Program-made: the position numbers and the translations under genes
Assembly: GCA_964057225.1 (NCBI GenBank)
Contig: OZ059897.1
Location: 7,378,001 to 7,442,000 of the forward strand
Source: Auanema rhodensis
Lineage: Eukaryota > Animalia > Nematoda
Length of the DNA: 64,000 bases
Direction: 5' to 3'
In this document: one piece after another, positions 58,325 to 64,000 of the stretch
Position numbering within the stretch: position 1 is the first letter of the stretch
Layout of the letters: each line of letters opens with the position of its first letter
The notes under the pieces: model-generated
The model's database searches: none
The model's input: the letters and a program-made list of their open reading frames with translations, nothing else
Told to the model about the DNA's origin: nothing

Positions 58325-58999
58325 TAATAGCTGTTATTGTTGTCCATATATGGAATGTATATGATAAACTAAGGGTATATTTTACATATTATTTTATACT
58401 AATGAATTATTGATTGATCTTTAGTCGAATATAAGTAGGACATAATATCAAGCAAACGTTTTTATTTCGAGAATGTTATACAAAAATTGTTATGAAGCTG
58501 AATATTTTGGTCTATAAACTTCGCTGAACCTCTTCCGAAATAATGCCTGCATTTTTTTTTCTGGCACTGTATAGCTACTTATTTTTATGATCATTCATTT
58601 TTTTATAAACAAATTACAGGATTGTGACGTCAAAGACAGAAGGAAGTGACGTGTGTCACATGGTCTGAACAGATGTCGTTACAACCTGGTGAATCATATA
58701 TTCGTACTTTTTAGGCTGACTACTGTTTATAAAGAAATAACGGTTTATAAGAGTTATATCTTTCATATAAATTCTTTATTATACCTGTATTAACGAAAGC
58801 CTCCACTTTTTTATTTTCCCATTTACCTCAGGCATATGTAAGTTAAACTAAGCCTCTGTATTGTTGTTTTATCATGAATCTCCTGACCAATATTCTACAG
58901 GTATACCTCAGCATCTCAGTAATTTTTTTAATCTTAAATTTCTTTGAACTTTTTTGATAATAAAACGATAACGCACACTTAGTTTTCGTGGTTACGACA

Positions 59000-59249
59000 T
59001 GTGACTAACCACATTGATACATGTTCTTCGTTTACTCGCAAGCTAACAGCTTCGCATCAAGTTGTCAAAGTGTTAATCATTACTTTGGTTTGGATAGTCT
59101 AGAAAACTGAACGATATAACAGAAACATCTGTTGTGGTACAATATGAGAGATCACGAGTGGATACTGCTGTTTTGCTAGTGTTCGTTTAGTTGTTACTTC
59201 TAGACTGCATTCTAACGAACAGAAACTACAACAATGTTAGGTAGTCACA
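59000..59249 (+). other. About 250-nt fold-back element (degenerate MITE or structured RNA)
   Basis: Nested inverted segments TGTGACTA/TAGTCACA, ACATTG/CAATGT, TAGTCTAGAA/TTCTAGACTG, AACTGAACGA/TCGTTTAGTT and TTGTGGT/ATCACGA. Confidence 0.5.
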
Positions 59250-59841
59250 CGATGAAAGAAGAAAGACAGTAAAGAAAAAAAGAAAATAGAAGGGATTGCT
59301 GTTGGGTGAGAGAGACAAAGAAAAAGAGGGCGTCAGAGATATTACAGAACATCATCACAAGCTCTAGGGAAAACATCAAATCTACCGGTGGTTATGGCTT
59401 AATGCAGTTTTGTCCCTTGCTTCTCTTGTAGACTCACGCACACTTAAGACGTTGTTACTCTACTGTCCTCTGTATATGTCGTCCTGCACCTGCTGTGGTG
59501 TAATAATTATGCAGATCGAGGTCGATGCTGTTGTGAAAGGCGGCAGAAGCATCTTGCGTTGTATTTCCCTCCGCTGAGTCTTTGTCCAAATACGGCTTGA
59601 ATGGACGACGCGCCCGGCCTCATACTCACGCACGCGTCGACGTGCGAGCGGTCCAGTCAGCTGATACTCACTGCGTGTGCCGTTGCTGGGTTGCTCCTAC
59701 CCTCCATTCGCATTGCATTTATGCGGGTAAAGGCTCTGCCAATGGCTCTAGCAGTCCCAATCGACCCCTCGACCCCAACAAGATGGCGTCACTTGTATAT
59801 TTCCTTATACGTCTTTCATTCGCTTATATGATTCGCTGAAT

Positions 59842-59895
59842 TCACGTGACTTTGGACGCGCCTTCGTCACATCGTAGCCCATCCTCATCACATGA
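59842..59895. promoter_or_regulatory. HLH-30/TFEB (CLEAR-like) E-boxes upstream of lgg-1
   Basis: TCACGTGA at 59842-59849 and TCACATGA at 59888-59895, about 0.7 kb upstream of an Atg8-family gene. Confidence 0.55.
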
Positions 59896-60539
59896 TTTTA
59901 TGTGAAGTGTTTGCTGTCTCATTCATATTTAGTCGATCACTAAACCCGCATCGATATGTGCTTCTCTACTATACTAATTTTCACACTAAAATTACAGTTT
60001 CCTGGTTTTCAAAGTAACAGATAACTCTCATGTCACCCTTTTCAAATCCAAAATGTTATTGATAACGGAATGCTCGCTCTCGAACATTCTTTTTGTAAAT
60101 GGTTGTAATTTCAGCATTTTGAAGCCTTTCCCAATATTACTTTCACCTATCTTTATGATTCACTGCTGTCAATGATTATTTGTGGGAGGACGCCTCATTT
60201 GGCTATTAATATTATGATGGGGAGGGTATTACTTAGTGCTGTTGGGTCCTTGTGTCTCCGATTTCATAACAAATCGATTTCCGTCGATACGCTACGTCTC
60301 TAGCTGCCGCCCCTTCCAATCAGCTGATGTCTGCCGGTTTCTTGCGATGCCAGTCACATGTGCTCTTCTATTTGTTCCATTCGTGTTTGGGAGAACGTAT
60401 CACTTATGCAGCATCTATTGTCTAGTAGTCTAATAGTCTAGTAGTTACATGTTCGTCGTTCGTCGTATCGATCCTCTTATTTTTAATCTTTGTTAAAGAT
60501 TTGTAATTTTTATTTATTTTGTTATTACTTTCAGTCTAA

Positions 60540-61054
<515 letters not shown>

Positions 61055-62392
61055 CTGTATTTAATCACTTTTGTACATTGTTTTTTAATTTACCAATCTC
61101 CTACACTGTATAAAAAACTGCCATTTGTGGTAGACCCATAAAAATTGTAGGTTGTACCTTTTGTAAATACATTAACATCTCTCTATCGGACGGTTTTCTT
61201 TTGTGGTAATCGTTGTTCAGTCATGTAGGCGCTCGTTCTCACTCAGTATATTGACAACGATTTCAATGTAAATAGTAATGTTTCATAATTTGTATTGTAA
61301 TCAGTACCTCCGTCTTTAAATAAATCTCGAAAACCCATTTTTCGTCTGTCATCATTTCGTATTTTCTGCATTTATTGCCATTTCCTATGGTTGTATATGC
61401 ACGATTATTGATGTATGAGTTTCCAATTTTATGCAGAGTTGTTGTTGCCATTTACGCGGCAGATCAATAATGCCTGTGGTAGTGGGGTTTTGCTTGTTCA
61501 AGAGACGCCAGTATCTTTCGTTTACATGTATCAAAATACGCAATCCCTTGGCATATACGTAAATTGTCGTTGTCACATGACACTGTATCAGTATCGCTCA
61601 GTTATAGACCGTTGTGACGTTATTGATCACCCATATTTGCAACTCTTGTGAAATTCTTATTTTGATCCTTGGTAGTGGTGCTGCATCTTGATCTTTGGTT
61701 TTCGCGAATTATTTTTTTGAGGTTATAATTATGCTATGAGAATCAGCCTTAAGTATTGAGGGAGTGAGTGCATGATGTTTATTTAATGTCCACAATATGG
61801 CAGATTCAATTGAGTAGAATTCGTTACTGGCACTGTGAGCTAGAATTTTCTTTGTAAAATTTCACCTTTAACGATGACTCAATCTATTTTAGTTTTCACT
61901 TGTATTTTCATTTCGAAATACTCCAAATAGAAATGGTCGGCTATGAGGCTGTTTACTCAGTATTAGGCAGCTTGCTGGCAGGTTTTTGTTCTAAAAGAAC
62001 TGTGCTTTGAATATATAATATTATGCCAAGCAACGCATTATTATATATTTAATGCGTTGCAAATATTATTTTAATTTTCATTTCATTTGCTATATAATAT
62101 GTTTGCTATATATTATATTTAGTTTTCTTATCAATAACTATCTTAATAGCAAACTACTTGCCATTTTCATACTCTGTTTTTTTCTCAATTTTCTCCACCT
62201 TGTTCGATTTGGAGAAAACTCAATAGGAGTGTAGTTGTTGAATTTCTTGCAGGACTTGGTCTATTGATTGATTTCGCCTCTGTAGCGTCACGAGCGAACG
62301 CTTTCTACTCTTATTTGATTTTTATTATTCGAAATTACTTTTCTTTATTTTAAAAACTTTGTTTTTCTGTGTGAATAATTAAAGTATTTAGA

Positions 62393-63003
62393 ATGGCTTC
62401 CCTTTTTGAAGGAATTAGTCTTGTCAAGAGAAATGGTGAGAAACACGAGCCAAGCGTTTTGGCTGTAAGTTTACAATCTGAATTTGAAGAAAAAAGTTTT
62501 TTTCCTTAGGGCAAGGTTGTTGGAATCTATTTCTCTGCTCATTGGTGTCCACCATGCCGTGGATTCACCCCCATCTTGAAGGTATAACAACTTGAGTTGC
62601 TATTTTTCAGTACTTTGTTCTTCAGGATTTCTACGAGGAGGTTCATGACTCTGGTGATTTCGAAATCGTGTTCGTCTCTTTTGATCGCACTGAGAAGGAA
62701 CTTAATGATTACTTAACTGAAGCTCATGGTGACTGGTACCATGTTCCATTTGGATCTACCAAGATTAAGTAAGGATATGAACACCTATTTGTACACAAGA
62801 TTTTAAATGATTAGGGAGCTCTCGCAGAAGTTTAATGTCTCCGGAATTCCCGCCTTGATCGTCGTTAAGCCCGATGGATCGGTCATCACTACTGACGGAA
62901 GAGCTGTTGTTCAGGTATTTGTTTTACGGTATAGTTAGTCTAAACAATGCTTTCACAGTCAACCAGCCCATCTGCTTCTCTTACTAAATGGAAGTCTGCC
63001 TAA
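62393..63003 (+). CDS. 16-kDa nucleoredoxin/tryparedoxin-type thioredoxin (WCPPC)
   Basis: GKVVGIYFSAHWCPPCRGFTPILK, FEIVFVSFDR and VSGIPALIVVKPDG, five exons. Confidence 0.93.
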
Positions 63004-63174
63004 AGCAAAATAGTGCGCAACGTATTGCTGACTTATTTTTAAATATGTATTCATGGTGAAGCCGCTTTGAAATAAAGTAATGATTATTAGTCCAATTTAT
63101 TATTAATACCATTTGAACAATTTCTACTGTTTATGAAGAAGAGAAATAATGTTAACAAAGCTCCATGTTTATCC

Positions 63175-63416
63175 GAACTAGTTTTACTATACTAGACAGC
63201 AATATTGTTTGGGACTATCCGTTGCTATTGTATCTCTCAATCGTTCTGTCACTATGGTGATATTCGGTGTCAGATGGGACAAACAGACGAGCTTTTCAAC
63301 AGTAGTAACGATGATTCCTTCTATAGCTGAAAACTGTTCCAATTGAGAGTGCTGGCTTTAGCAGTTATGGCGCCAAACCGTTGATGTCATTGTTTGCCTT
63401 ATGTGATAACTAGTTT
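63175..63416 (+). other. About 240-nt fold-back element; a related copy seems to begin at 63951
   Basis: GAACTAGTT/AACTAGTTT, GTTTGG/CCAAAC, CGTTGCTATTG/CAGTAGTAACG, TCGTTCTGT/ACAGACGA and apical TGATATTCGGTGTCA. GAACTAGTTTT and GACTATC..CCGTTG recur at 63951-63985. Confidence 0.5.
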
Positions 63417-64000
63417 GCCAACGACCATCGACAAAGCTAATGGTTAATGAATGATCTGATGCCTTTCTAAGAGATAGTGAAGAAATTTCGGGGGTAAAAT
63501 AATTATCATACCATCAGTTGAACTTACATTCTTCAATCTATTGTTGTATAGTAACGTTTGTTGTTTCCCCTTTTTATCAGTTTACAGATGATTTTGACCT
63601 CGTAATGAGAGTACTATCTCTGTATTTGATAACCACATATTTTCATCAACGTTGGAAATTTATGTTCAACTTTGGTGTATTTGAAGCTTGCAACAAACAA
63701 CAATTTTGAATTCGTATCTGATTGGAAAGTTTGAAAATATCAAAAAATTTTGAATTCAAAAGTGTACAAAAAGATTTTACAATCGTACAAAGTGAAAACA
63801 TAAATTGTGGTTATATGGTTATGGATATGGTATCAGTATTCGTATTTAGTTATCAAATTGAAATCTAACTTCAAATTAAACGTAAGATTGCTTTTATGAA
63901 AATCTCCACATGACGCTTTGTCATGGTGCTGTCAATATAATGAGAAATATGAACTAGTTTTCAGACTGAGACTATCGCCGTTGGCGTAAAATACTAAACA

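Noticed and set aside
58848-58855. CTAAGCCT as a possible telomerase RNA template (for TTAGGC) near the 59000 rod
   Set aside because: An 8-mer is expected by chance in 64 kb, a similar match occurs in a pqe-1 exon near 46762, and no pseudoknot or H/ACA context was evident.

Overview
Eukaryotic genomic DNA, AT-rich, with many 40-60 nt introns and TTTCAG/TTTTAG acceptors, consistent with a clade V (rhabditid) nematode. The supplied ORF track is mostly uninformative, so genes were assembled exon by exon by hand. Genes found: two tandem ZC4H2/VAB-23-family genes (-) flanking an intron-containing tRNA-Tyr; a GPI-tailed acetylcholinesterase (ace-3 class); a secreted Cys-rich protein; an SXP/RAL-2 (DUF148) protein; an unknown protein; a selenoprotein-L/PRXL2-like thioredoxin-fold protein lacking its redox motif and ending in CaaX; a tightly packed + strand run (phosphoglucomutase, REXO1/pqe-1-like exonuclease, acylglycerol kinase, small Cys/TM gene) convergent on ssup-72; two tandem TOPORS-like RING genes; lgg-1; and a WCPPC 16-kDa thioredoxin. 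The left edge looks like an LTR-type repeat fragment. The most unusual signal is non-coding: many intergenic and intronic islands of 50-300 nt, mostly unrelated in sequence, fold by eye into long rod-like or branched fold-backs. Their non-Watson-Crick positions are almost always G-T(U) on the + strand regardless of neighbouring gene orientation. This was found by manual pairing, not computed folding, and needs a shuffled-control scan on both strands.
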